Below, piece by piece: positions 17,078 to 28,785 of a stretch of 64,000 nucleotides of DNA (its first letter is position 1; each line of letters opens with the position of its first letter). The notes beneath the pieces are model-generated. The model had not been told where the DNA came from. It saw only the letters and a program-made list of their open reading frames with translations, and made no database searches. Both the position numbers and the translations under genes were made by a program. The DNA comes from Macrostomum lignano (taxonomy: Eukaryota): the NCBI GenBank assembly GCA_002269645.1, contig NIVC01003990.1:1-64000 (forward strand), given 5' to 3'.

Positions 17078-19732
17078 TTCAGCTAAAACTGGACTCGCAA
17101 AGACTGAGCGACTGAGTTCGACGTTGGCTAGTTTAGGACTCAGAATTCAAATTGGCTCCCCTGGCTGCAGCGGACGACAATGGTGGTGGGGGTCGGGGCG
17201 TCGCCGCGCGCTCTACCCCAAACAGAGGCCTCCTGTAGTGGCGACTCGTTAAGGGGCCAGAAAGTATAAATTTTAGCGATAATGCTACAAAATCTGCTGA
17301 CTAAGTTTATATCAGAAGCAGCAAAAAGACTGTGCTAACATTATTTCTAAATTTAATAACAGACAACAATGATTTCCACATCTGAAGATCAATTCAAAGT
17401 GAATAAAAGTAAAACAATATTTACAGGACCTCCAGCAGAAAATTTCTAAGATATCTATTGAAATTTATCATATCAAAATGTAAAAAATAAAATGAAAATC
17501 AGATAAAACTCTACATAGGTTTTTTAAGAAAAGCTTGAAAAATAATTCTAGACAATAGTTATAATTTAATATACAACTGCAACATTTGAATTAATTTTAA
17601 AATCAGCTTTTTAGGTATTATCAATTAAATACTTTTCAATTTAAGTAGTTCTAAAATAGTATGCTTAAGTAATAGTTTTGAAACCTTAGTGATAACACTT
17701 ACAAAGTAAGGAAGTAAATCAAAGCAATTTTTCTGGTGCAAGCATAGCTATTTTGTGATATGCTTTAAAATTACAAAGAAACTATAAACTGTACACTCTT
17801 CATATACAAAACATAAGTAAACCTAAGTATAGATGTTAAATAATATAATAAGATGTGTGTAAACATGTATGCATACAATGCCATACACATATGTGTACAC
17901 GATTCTAATAATTGTGTATGCTTTTCTAAAAAGTATGGACTACAAGAAATATTTTAAATACGAAAAACAGTCCTACTACATAAAAACTCATCATCTACAA
18001 TCATCAAGCAATAAAATTTATAACTAAGTTTACCAAAATTTATTTCCCAAACTGGGCAAAAATTTTGGGATTTATTAATGAAATAATCTTGATAAAGTTT
18101 TAGAAAAATTTTATTTATTTTTTCATAAGATGAGCCACCAAATTATTATGTTTTACCTATTTCAAAGCATCTACAATAATATTTGACCAGAGTACAAGCG
18201 ACCTTTCTTCGAACGACTGCTTTTAAAGTATTAATATGTTTTACCGCGCATATTAATTAACCTCTTAAAAATAAATTAAAACAAGAAAAACATTTAAAAA
18301 CAGCATTTCTTTCGCTTATTATATGATGGAAACTTTTGATTACAAGTTGCGTTGAAAACTTTGTTTTACTGCGTAACTTTTTTGTTTTTTAAACTTTGTT
18401 TGTGGCTACAATTATTATATACTCTCTCTCTTATATGGGCCTTTTCATATTGCTTGTTCTGGTTCTAGAACCAGATCCAATTTGTAAAGTATATTGTATT
18501 GGTTATACTGCTTTTTTCTCGGAAGTCCGAACCGATTCTGGTTCTGGAATCGGTAGTGTGAAAACCCTATATATATATCGAAGATGAATGGCAACAAAAT
18601 GTTAGTTTTGTTTTTTTATGTAGGAGACTTTTTTTCTCGCTTTTACTCTTTTGCTGTATCACTCACTTCCTAGTGTTTTGAATTAACGTACCGCTTAAAA
18701 ATCTCTAGCGTTCAGAATTACTAAAATCGATATAGTAGCATTTAGCGGCTTCCTTGCATACATGTATACATCTCGCTTCTATATGTACATGTACTGTAAA
18801 TAAGTATAGTCTTCTTGATTCATTACTCTGATTTAAAAGAATTTTTCGTCTGCAAATATGAATTTATCAGAAAAAAATCGTGCACATGTAGTATCTACAA
18901 ATAATTTATGCAACAACAAACGGCGCTATGCATGTACTAAGAACATTGAACAGAAAGTACTACACATTTTTGCAGGAAATGAAATCGTGCTCGCCCTAAG
19001 ACTGACTGTGATTACTGGGCAAAGTGTAAAACGAAAAGAAAATAACCTATTAATTAGGTTCTTTAAGTACAGCTGTAATTTAGAAATGTGATAAACTTCA
19101 ACTAAGTGTTTTTTTCAAAGAAATTAGCTGCATGCCATTAAATAACAGTCCAATTAAGTTCGCGAGTCCGAGACACAGACATTGCATCGTAATTTACGGC
19201 TTGGTAACTATAGCGGATCGATAGCTCCGCGAAGCAAATAAAAAGACCATGTTTGCAGTATCATGATGTCGCCCCTAATTATTTGCTCAACTTCAGCACA
19301 CTATACCATCAATTTCCAGGTACTGGAACACTGTCAATAGATTGCGAAAAACTTCGAAGTCCGACTGACACGTCTTTGCAGTCTGGATCGATTGAAACAT
19401 CACCGAGAACGGTGACAGGCGTTCTCAGTCAGTCTCACTATGAGAAAAAATCCACTTCCGGCCCAATCTTCTTGGAGCCCAATTATTCTTATCCAGAAAA
19501 GTATAAATGGTATAGTAAAATTGGTTGCTAGGGGAAGAATCGCGGGGAAAAACGCAGAATTTACACACCGCACACGGATCCCTTGTGTCAGGAGGATGAA
19601 AGTTGCGCCTCAAATTCTTCAAACGGTAAGCCAAAGTATTCTCTGGTATAAAGCCATTGGCAACATATGGAAGCAGAAAAATTTGCAGTACACTTACAAA
19701 CAATTCAGACATTCGATTCCACACTAATTGAT

Positions 19733-21448
19733 ATGCACGACCTGAAGCGCATCCTGCACGAGGACGACGCGGAGTCGTGATCGTCCAGCTCGAGCTGGCC
19801 AAGCCCCTCTCTCTGCAGCAGATTCTGCAGCTTGGTATCGAGCAGCTGGGTGATGACGCCAGCACTGCTGACTGCATCAAGTGCGGCAGGTCCGACTTCA
19901 CGTCGTTCCTCATCGCTCACTCAACCCTGCTGGAAGTGGCCGCGTGCACACTCGCTCTCAACTGTGTCACTCTCCTCATCGACGAGTTGGAGGCCGCAGC
20001 GGAGTTTGTCGCTGACGCCGACGCTGACGCCGACGCCGACGCTCTTCATCGGGCAGTCGGAGATTCAGTCGTGCCGCTGCACTGTCTCATTGTGAAGCTG
20101 TTCACACTGAGAGGAGGCGGCGGCGGCGGCGGCGATGCGGCATTCGAGGACCGGGCGGTGAGATTCGTGCGCCAAGTGTCGGCTGCGCGGCCTCGCTTCT
20201 TCCGCGTGTGCGCAGAGAAGGAGGCGTTCGGCCACAATGCTCTCGAGCTGGCAGTCAGTCTGCAGCTGTTCTCACTGGCTGAGTGCATTCTCGAGTCGGG
20301 CAAGTACTGCGGCGAGGTCAGTCTCGTAGCGGGCGTCAAGGTGCAGCGAGTGGATCTGAGCGAGTACGACTTCGACACCGGGGAGCGATACAACAAGAGC
20401 CCCCTGAACATGCTGGCAGTCACAGCAATGAGTGATCTTTCAATGCCATTAAAAAAGTTTCTCGACAATGACATTATCAAAAGATGGTCCTGCGCAACAA
20501 CCGGGCGGCTAAAGAGATATATGTGTTTGAGGGCACTGATATGCACTTTATACAAGCTAGTCCTACTATTCTTTGGTTCGGCGTGCGTTTACTCGTCAAT
20601 CTCTGTAAAAATCCTGGCTAACTACATGCCTGACCGCCCAGTTAACTCAAGCAGTTGCCCGCTGTTCTCGATGCACCACAATATGTCGGAATTTTGCAGC
20701 ATATTTGCAGTGCGCTGCATTGTCAACGTTCTGGCATGTGGATACATCATTGAGTGCATCGTGTCGCTGGCCGTTCACCTGATCTATGTCAGGGTAGCTC
20801 AGGGCAACAGCTCTTACTTGGCGGCGTTGGCACGCGATTTTCGATGCACCAGCCAAATTCCACTGAGAGTCTGCGCATTGAGTCTCATGGTCTGCATCGG
20901 TTTGGTTCCCGACAGGATCCAGATAGTTTCATTGTTTGACAGGGGCGCGGGACTCCGAATTCTGGATTACGCAACTGGCACGCTCTACATTATAACAATA
21001 ATGACAATAGTTTACGACTGGCTGCTGGTTATAAAAACTTTGGCTCTGCTTTGGAATATTGTTGGCATATTTTTCTTCTTTATGGCCATCATCTTCTTGG
21101 TTATCGGCCTGTTCTGCTGGCTCATCACGCTCATCGTGCCGTGCGAAATTGCCTTCGACCGCGAGATGTTCGCCAATCCGTCTTACGGCCTGTTGAACTT
21201 CTACTGATGGTCAGCCACGGCGGCCTGTCCCGAGAATCCGCGCAGTCTCTGGGCATCTTCTACTGGTGACGCACGCCCTCATCGCACTGTTCTGCTTCAA
21301 TTTTCTAGTCGCCTTAATGTCGGAGCGATTGTCAACCGCGTCGCGAGATCTGCCTTACATCTGCGCCTCCTACAAGCTGTACATTTACCACGTCTACATG
21401 CTGTGCATTGCCTTCGTGAGCCGGCTGTGCAGTGTAAGAGAAAAATAA
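19733..21448 (+). CDS. Divergent single-exon TRPV-like ion channel (ankyrin-like N-terminus, ~6 TM, S6/TRP box), with three 1-nt frameshifts
   Basis: GHNALELAV...ILE...VAGVKVQRVDLSEYD...KSPLNML resembles the TRPV ankyrin-linker. Several hydrophobic helices follow, a pore-like segment (FANPSYGLLNFY) and an S6-like FCFNFLVALMSERL in 21266-21448. Frame breaks at about 19777, 21205 and 21267 are each repaired by +1 nt. The ATG at 19733 gives MHDLKRIL. Confidence 0.65.
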
Positions 21449-21549
21449 CTACTGCGAAAGACAACAGTCCGCTTCAGTTCTGCAGAATTTTGGAGCCACA
21501 ACTCAGATTCACTGACTTAAAGGGAGCAGGACAATCCACTGCCAGCTAT

Positions 21550-21641
21550 TTAGGTTAGGGTTAGAGTATAGTTTAAGTTAGGCTTCTGTTAGGGTAGGTT
21601 ACGGTTAGGGTTAAATTAGGTTAGGGTTAGGTTAAGGTTAG
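21550..21641 (+). repeat. Degenerate interstitial TTAGGG/TTAGG-like repeat
   Basis: Clustered GGTTAGGG, TTAGG and TTAAGG units. Confidence 0.7.
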
Positions 21642-22399
21642 ATTCGACAGTTAATTTCAACATCTTAGCTACGATACTTTCCTCAGAGCTATACAAAGTT
21701 CTCTACCCCTATTTGAAACCGTTTTAGTCTATCAAAACGTTTCAGTTGTTCTGGAAGTTGTTTTTATGTTTTCTGTTTATGACTGTCCTAATATCCTGTA
21801 ATAATGATTACGAGTATGCTATCCTCTGCTAGATAAGGATCGTGTTTTCGTATTCTCTTTGAAAACAGCATTCCGCTTTGGAACATTTTGCTGAGTCATG
21901 ACCACTAAAATTATTGTTTTTTTACTTCAAGCGCGAGCTTCAATAGAGAAGTATAAGTATAAGGAATAAAATAGCCGCCTCGAGTGCAAGAACTCCAAAA
22001 ACAGCTGATAAAGTCGAAGCAAATTTGGCTCTTCCACTTTCCGCAACACTGCGGGCGGGCTTACTTGAACTCAGCAACACGAGCTGCAATAATATTTACG
22101 ATGCATGGCTGGGCTTAACAGAGATTGTAAACCATGTCTTTTGAGATAATATTAGTCATAATGTAAACTCTCAGCTTTAATAAAATATTGCTTTGCGGGG
22201 CATGTTCTATTTTTATACTTGTCGTAAGCGCTTCTTTTTAAGGATGCACCTGAGGCCAGATAATTACAAGAGACGCAATAAAACAGATAAAAATCTCAAC
22301 AAATCACGCGCCTTTGCACACACTAGTCTATAAAAGTAATAAAATTTTTGAAATTAGGGAAATCATGCAATTACACCGTGAGCAGTGCAAGCAGCAAAA

Positions 22400-25300
22400 A
22401 TGCACGACACAGAGCTTCATCAAGCTTGCGACAACGGCGACAGTGGGGCCGTAGAGCGACTGCTGAAGTCTGGCGCCGATCCGGACGCTCGGAACGCGTC
22501 GGGTCGGACGCCACTTTGGGTGGCGAGCCAGAAAGGTTTTGTGCCTGCGATGGAGCCGTTGTTGGATGCTGGAGCTCAGCTAGACTGCGCCCAGAGCGAC
22601 GGAGCGACTCCACTGTTCGCGGCTGCTCAGGGTGGCTGCGACCCGGCAGTGGCGAAGCTGCTCGAGGCAGGTGCAAGTTCGGACCTCCAACGCCAGGACG
22701 GCTCCACACCGCTGCTGATTGCCGCTCAGACCGGTCACGCCAGAGTCGTTCGCTGTCTTCTCGACGCTGGAGCCGACCCGAACCGACAAAGAAACGACGG
22801 CTCGTCGCCACTGCTCATGGCGGCTCAGTACGGTCAGCAGAGAGTGCTCGAGATGCTGCTGCAAGCTGGTGCTGATCTCCACCTGCCCAACATCTTCGGA
22901 TCGGCGGCCCTGTTCGCAGCCTGCTGGTGGAATCATTTCACAGCCATTCGTCGACTGCTGCAGGTCGGCGCGGACGTGAACCTGAAGACGAACTCCAAGT
23001 GGACACCGCTGCACAAGGCTGCTCAGAAAGGCTACCTAGAGTTAGTGAGCTTCCTCATCGAGTCAGGAGCTCTTGTAAATGCTCTGGACAACGTCAGATC
23101 ATCTCCACTGCACACAGCAGCTGAGAACGGACACGATGAGGTAGTAAAGTTTTTAATTGAGTCCAATGCGTCAATCAATGCACAGGACTCGAAGGGAGAC
23201 ACGCCGCTCCACAGGGCAGCCAAAAAGGGCAACACTGGTGTGATACGAGTTCTGCTAGAGGCCGGTGCAGATTCCAGCTTAGAGAACAAGTCCGAGGAAC
23301 TTCCGATCTGTCTGGCCGCGAGTCACTGCACACAAATGGAAGCAATCGAGCTGCTGCTTCACGCAAGCCAGCCTCATAGCGGTCACATCGAGGCGGCAAT
23401 TGCTGCCGCATGTTGCTACGGGCTCGGGAACAATGCTCTGCGACTACTCAAAAGTGTCAGAGTTGATGCAGAAGTGTTGCGGCGTATTGTCCCAAAGTCC
23501 TGCGCCAGTCTGGCGGTTCAGTGTCTGCGCCGCTTTGACAGAAGCACATCGGGAAATGTAGCATTCGGATCGACTACTCCATCCAATTGGTAAGTTAACA
23601 CCATATTAAAAATTTATGGTAAACCACATTGGTATTTACTACTTGCCAAATGATACTCTTCCACGTTAAACTCAGGCGCACTTCTTCCGAAAGCCAATTT
23701 AGCACAGAGCTGTTTGAAACTCTCGATGGCTCCGGCTTCAACAAAGTCGGTGCCCTCGGTCAGCAGGCTGAGGCAGAAATTTTGCAGCAAATCGTTCGTC
23801 ACTTGAAGCCAGACACGTGCATCAATGTAGTTGGCAGCTTCAGCGAAGGATGGGGCAGCTCGTTGAAGTGTCTTAATGGCCAGATCGACAAGGACTCCGA
23901 CATCGACTTCACGGAGATCCTCGCTGACAAACTGCACATCAAAGGTCGCTGCCAATGCGAGTCACCGGATCCTCAGAAAATAGTCGAATACAAGAAAGGT
24001 TACGTTCGCTACCCCGTTGCAAGTAAGTTAAACTCGGTCGCAATTGTGCTTTCTGATTTGTAAATAGCAGCTTGACTTTGGCCCTGCAAATCCGCTTGTA
24101 AAGAAAGATCCAAATAAATAACCGTTGTATCAAATACCGAAACTGCGTTTGTTGCAGCTGCGAATCCGAGCAACCCTCAGTTCGGCACGCCCCAGTCCCC
24201 AGCCATGGACTACGTTAACGCCTTGCGAACCTGCTGCTACCCGGACATTGAGGTCCTAAGACCAGGTCGACCGACTCAAATCCAACCGCATCTGCTCAAA
24301 GCACTCACAACCGAGCTCCAGACGTCCCTGTGTCACTTGGTCAGAGCGGCACCTCCTGACAAGAAGGCGAATGGCTCAGATTGAGCACCACCTTCCTCGA
24401 GAGGCTCATGATTCGAGGCTTCAACACACTGCAAGGCCAGCTGTTCGTCATCCTCAAGTTCCTCATCAAGCGACATCTGTCCAAGTCAGTAAGCGTCTCA
24501 AGACCTACGTGGCAAAGACGCTGATGTTCCGCATGATTGACGAGACTGCTGAAGACGAATGGCGTGCTGACAATCTGCTGCAGCTCACACGGCGAGCTCT
24601 GGAGATTCTGTGCGACGGTCTGCAGCATGGCGGAGAGCACGAGTGCCTGCCGCACTTCTTTGCACCTGACGCAGCCGTGTACCTGCGGAGTGGTCACTCG
24701 AAAAAGAGGGACGTAATGAAAGCAATTAAAAGCACACTGGAAAACCTGAGACAGCCTCTTGTCCAACTCATGGGACAGCTGGTCACTACGAAAAACTCGA
24801 AATTCATGCAGTTTCACCCATTTACATTGGTGCCGGTTACATATGATCTGCACTCAGTCTGCACCGACATCAGCCTGCTGCACCTTTACCCGTGGTGTGG
24901 ACTCTGTGCGAGATTTGGCAACCGATTCGAAACCCCCGATGCAGCTCATTAGCAGCATCCCTGACTGCGCGTTCTCAGTTCGAGAGAGCCTCAGAGCGAT
25001 GGCCCAGCTGAAGATGGGTCAGCAAGAAGCTGCTTTGTACACACTGCGAGCGGCGGCTCAACACACGGTCAGCAAGGGAGTCGTCAAGAAGCAGCTCACT
25101 ACTCTGTCGGATGTCACCGCGGATGTCTGGCAGCAGATGGAGAACAGCGACTCGATCTTGCGATTCTGCTTCCGCTACGACCGACGTCCGGATCTCAAGT
25201 TCTTGCCCCGGTTCGTCAAAGACAACTTTCCCCTGGGCATGCAGATCTACGGAAACAGGTTCTACATGAACTTTAGCGCACTGCTGAAGTGCCTGTGTCT

Positions 25301-25780
25301 GGAGCTCATTCCGACCGACGTGAAGGACGAGTCCCGACGCTGGTTCGAGGAGACACTCGGAGACCAGGAGGCAGACGCGGCCGACCTCCTGCTGGCTCTG
25401 CAGTACTGCACCGACCCGGAACCCTGGCCGGCATTGTGCACCGGAACAGTGACGTCATCGCGAGTACACCATCTATGCAGTCGAAACTCAGCGACAGCAT
25501 GCTGCGACTGGTGAGTGATAGCGTATGCATCCTTGATATAAGTAGCGTTTCTCATTCCATCTTCATGATTTTAAACCGAAATAGATGGAGAAAATTGATT
25601 CATCCAACCACGGATTGTAGCCGACCTGCACGAGAGCTGCATGCGACGGACTTTGCTGGGCTTGGCGCACCAACTGCGTCTGGAAGCAACCGCCGGAAAG
25701 TGTCGCCGTCGGCGGCGGCGCAGCGGCCGAATGCGGGAGCTGCCAGTGGCTGTGCGCACGTAGTGCAATCAGTGCGTTAA
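22400..25780 (+). CDS. Ankyrin-repeat + Mab-21/cGAS-like nucleotidyltransferase (cGLR) fusion, copy 1
   Basis: Exon 1 22400-23589 (about 9-10 ANK repeats, GxTPLHxAA), exon 2 23676-24022 (GSFSEGWG...DKDSDID NTase motif), exon 3 from 24158 (AMDYVNALRTCCYP third Asp; WLRLSTTFLE; LKTYVAKTLMF; WRADNL; CLPHFF Mab-21 C-lobe) plus a helical C-terminal extension. GT-AG introns of phase 2 and 1. About five 1-nt losses in exon 3 (about 24363, 24494, 24890-24905, 25420). Confidence 0.85.
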
Positions 25781-26762
25781 GCATGAACTGTTTGCTAAAG
25801 CTAAAAACTAAACTTACGACTTTACATGTACGCTCGTATTTCTGGCAATATTTGCTGTTCATCTTCATTTATTTATTACAAGCGAACAAGACGATAGTAA
25901 TTAGTTGAGAGTGCCGATGGGCATCACTGAGCAGTTATTCTGAGCTAATATATCTAGCTACCAGGTATTTAGACTCATCTGTGGGAGAAAAAGAGCAAAT
26001 TTTGAATCCCTTTTATACAAAGCAAGTCTTAGTCTCTTTATCCTGTCGTGAAAGTTGTTGGCCTTGAAATCTTTTTGATTTCAAGGCTTTTCAAAATCAT
26101 TCAAAATTTCAAATGATTTCAAAATCTATTCTCACAGCATAGGCAAACTTTTCATTTAGCATTAATTCTAGCAACGGCTTGCTGGACTATCTCTGGAAAT
26201 CGATCTGAATACAAATCTATAATTTTCTATGGAATTTTAATTCCCGCCTGATAATAAATAATTTCTGCTAATTCTGCGAGTTATTATGATTTCTCCTGTA
26301 AATATTTTCATAATTTAACATTTGCTGAAGATTTCTGATCAATAAACATCGGTAACAGTAAACGGCTTTGTTCATGTTGTTTTGGTTGCAAAGGGTTTTA
26401 AATTTGAATAAGCCTGCCACTTTAGGCTGATTGTTTTTTTTATTCGACTGAAATAAAAAGTTGCAAAGAAATAGAGTCGAACTAAAGTGCAAAGATGACT
26501 ACAGGTCACAGGGAGTAACTATAGGCGGCAATTAGTTTACAGACATAACAGCCTTATAGCTTCCAGCTCTACAACTTTGTGAGGGTTTTTAGAGTTCGTA
26601 TACTCAGACAAGAGCGTTGATAAACTTGAAGCAGAACAGCACGGTGAGTGTATGGGGTCAGCAGGAACAGATCGTACACCAGGTCTACTGACTTTATCAA
26701 CTCTCTCAAAAGCCAATCGTTGCTGGTTAGCAGATAAAATGTGAGCAGCCCAGACCGCAGGT

Positions 26763-26867
26763 TCAGGTGCAGCGCAGGCGGTATCTACGGCCGTATCGTA
26801 GAAAGCTCTGCAGGTGGCGCAGACAGACCAGCATGAGGAAGCAGAGAACCAGGATGACTGTCCTCAT
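26763..26867 (-). CDS. Candidate small secreted peptide precursor (34 aa; ~99 aa to 26569 if one 1-nt loss is repaired)
   Basis: MRTVILVLCFLMLVCLRHLQS-FLRYG-RR-YRLRCT*: a hydrophobic signal-like N-terminus followed by a Gly-Arg-Arg site. Below the ORF-track length cutoff; no expression evidence. Confidence 0.35.
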   Translation of the reverse strand: MRTVILVLCFLMLVCLRHLQSFLRYGRRYRLRCT

Positions 26868-27193
26868 AACTGACTAACTGTTGCAACGAAGATAATTTGC
26901 CAATTATTTAACCAAATAGGTTCCCTCACTTTGCTTAGTTGCATACAACCCGGATCCAGAGCAGCTCAGCAGCTCAGTCACCACCCCCAGGTTCGATCCC
27001 TGCTCGGCCGCATTCATTTGAGACTTTTCACGAAAATTGGCCTGGGGATGTTGTGAGATTCACACCTATGAGGATCAACTGCCAAGGCACAGAAAGTGTA
27101 CATGTCTGACGATTAGAAAGTTAGGACCGCTGTACACACTGTGTGAGCGAGTGTGTGAGTGTACTACAGTATTGGCGCGTTTGTATGTGCTCA

Positions 27194-28088
27194 GGGGGTC
27201 GCCATCAAAAACCCGAAAAACCACAAATTGAAAGCACTTCCCATCATAAACCCGAAATATCACAAACCCGAAATATCACAAACCCGAAAGTGTTAGCAAC
27301 GCACATCATAAACCTGAAATATCACAAACTCGAAATATCTTCCCTACATGTACATGCGTCAGTAGCGTTATAAGTTTTGGATTTGTGAAAATTGCGAATT
27401 GTGAGGTTTTATGAGGTTTTATGAGGGATTGTGATAGATCGGGATGAATTGTGAGGGATTATCATAACTCCGAAAACCAAAATAGTGTTGGACATTGCTA
27501 GAACTTTCGGAGTTATGATATTTCGGGTTTATGATGGGCAATGCTATTTTGTTTTTCGGAGTTATGATTTTTCGGGTTTATGATATTTCGGGTTTATGAT
27601 GTGCGTTGCTATCAATTTCGGAGTTATGATATGTCGGGTTGTTTTGATATTTCGGGTTTATGATATTTCGGGTTTATCATGTGCGTTGCTATAAATTTCG
27701 GAGTTGTGATATTTCGGGTTTTTTGGTATATCGGGTTTATGATATTTCGGGTTTTTTGATATTTCGGGTTTATGATATTTCGGGTTTATGATATTTCGGG
27801 TTTTTTTATATTTCGGGTTTGTGATATCTCGGGTTTATGATATTTCGGGTTTGTGATATTTCGGGTTTGTGATATTTCGGGTTTTTTGATATTTCGGGTT
27901 TGTGATATTTCGGGTTTATGATATTTCGGGTTTTTTTATATTTCGGGTTTATGATATTTCGGGTTTTTTTATATTTCGGGTTTATGATATTTCGGTTTTT
28001 TTATATTTCGGGTTTGTGATATTTCGGATTTATGATGGAAAGCGCTTTTCGGAGTTGTGATTTTTCGGGTATGCGATGCCCCCCCCCC
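27194..28088. mobile_element. Foldback/MITE-like TIR element with internal GATATTTCGGGTTT tandem repeats
   Basis: Left end GGGGGTCGCCATC...ACCCGAAAAACCACA...CCATCATAAACCCGAAATATCAC is mirrored by the right end. TGCTCAGG flanks both sides (27188-27195 and 28089-28096), giving a 6-8-bp TSD. Confidence 0.75.
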
Positions 28089-28493
28089 TGCTCAGGAGTC
28101 AGCGGAACGGGCAGAATGGCCTCAGTGCTGGTAGTGTGGGACAATGTCACCAAATGCGTTGTGCCGGGGTGGGGGCAGAGCCCTTTCTGCGAATATTGAT
28201 AATTGAGCATGTTGTTTCTCTATTTCAGAATAATAAACTGTTAATTTCACCAACAATCACTCGTTGATAACACTTGTAAATGCCATCCATATACAGCAAA
28301 CAGGCCGTTCATATGGATTTCTATGGACTTTCAAAGCAAGAAAATTCTATGTTTTTGATTTGCTGTTTCTCTGCTCCGTATGCATTGCTTTCTGTATTAT
28401 AGCTCCTTGATGGTAAGCATTTTTTGTTAGTGCAGGCAGATACTACTTATTAAATTTCCGAATAAACAATTAGAATAAATATTATATTAGATT

Positions 28494-28682
28494 CAGGAGC
28501 GTAGGGAGGGGGATAGGGGGGATTATCCCCCCGAAGAGCCTGGCCAAAACTTTTTTGTTGCCCTTTGTTGCTATACATGCTACCATGTGACTCTGTCATA
28601 GCACTTTTTCCTTGGTGTATCCTCCCGTAGGAAATTCACCTTGGTGTATCCCCCCCGTAGGAAATTCCTGGCTACGCCCCTG
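28494..28682. mobile_element. hAT-type MITE (189 bp)
   Basis: TIRs CAGGAGCGTAG / CTACGCCCCTG; 8-bp TSD ATTAGATT / ATTAGATC. Confidence 0.8.
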
Positions 28683-28785
28683 ATTAGATCCATAGAATTG
28701 TATGGATGAACATAAATTTCAACACAATTTTCTTAAGTCATTGTTAAGTCATTGTTAGCCTATTTTAGAGACACTGTTTCCAAGG

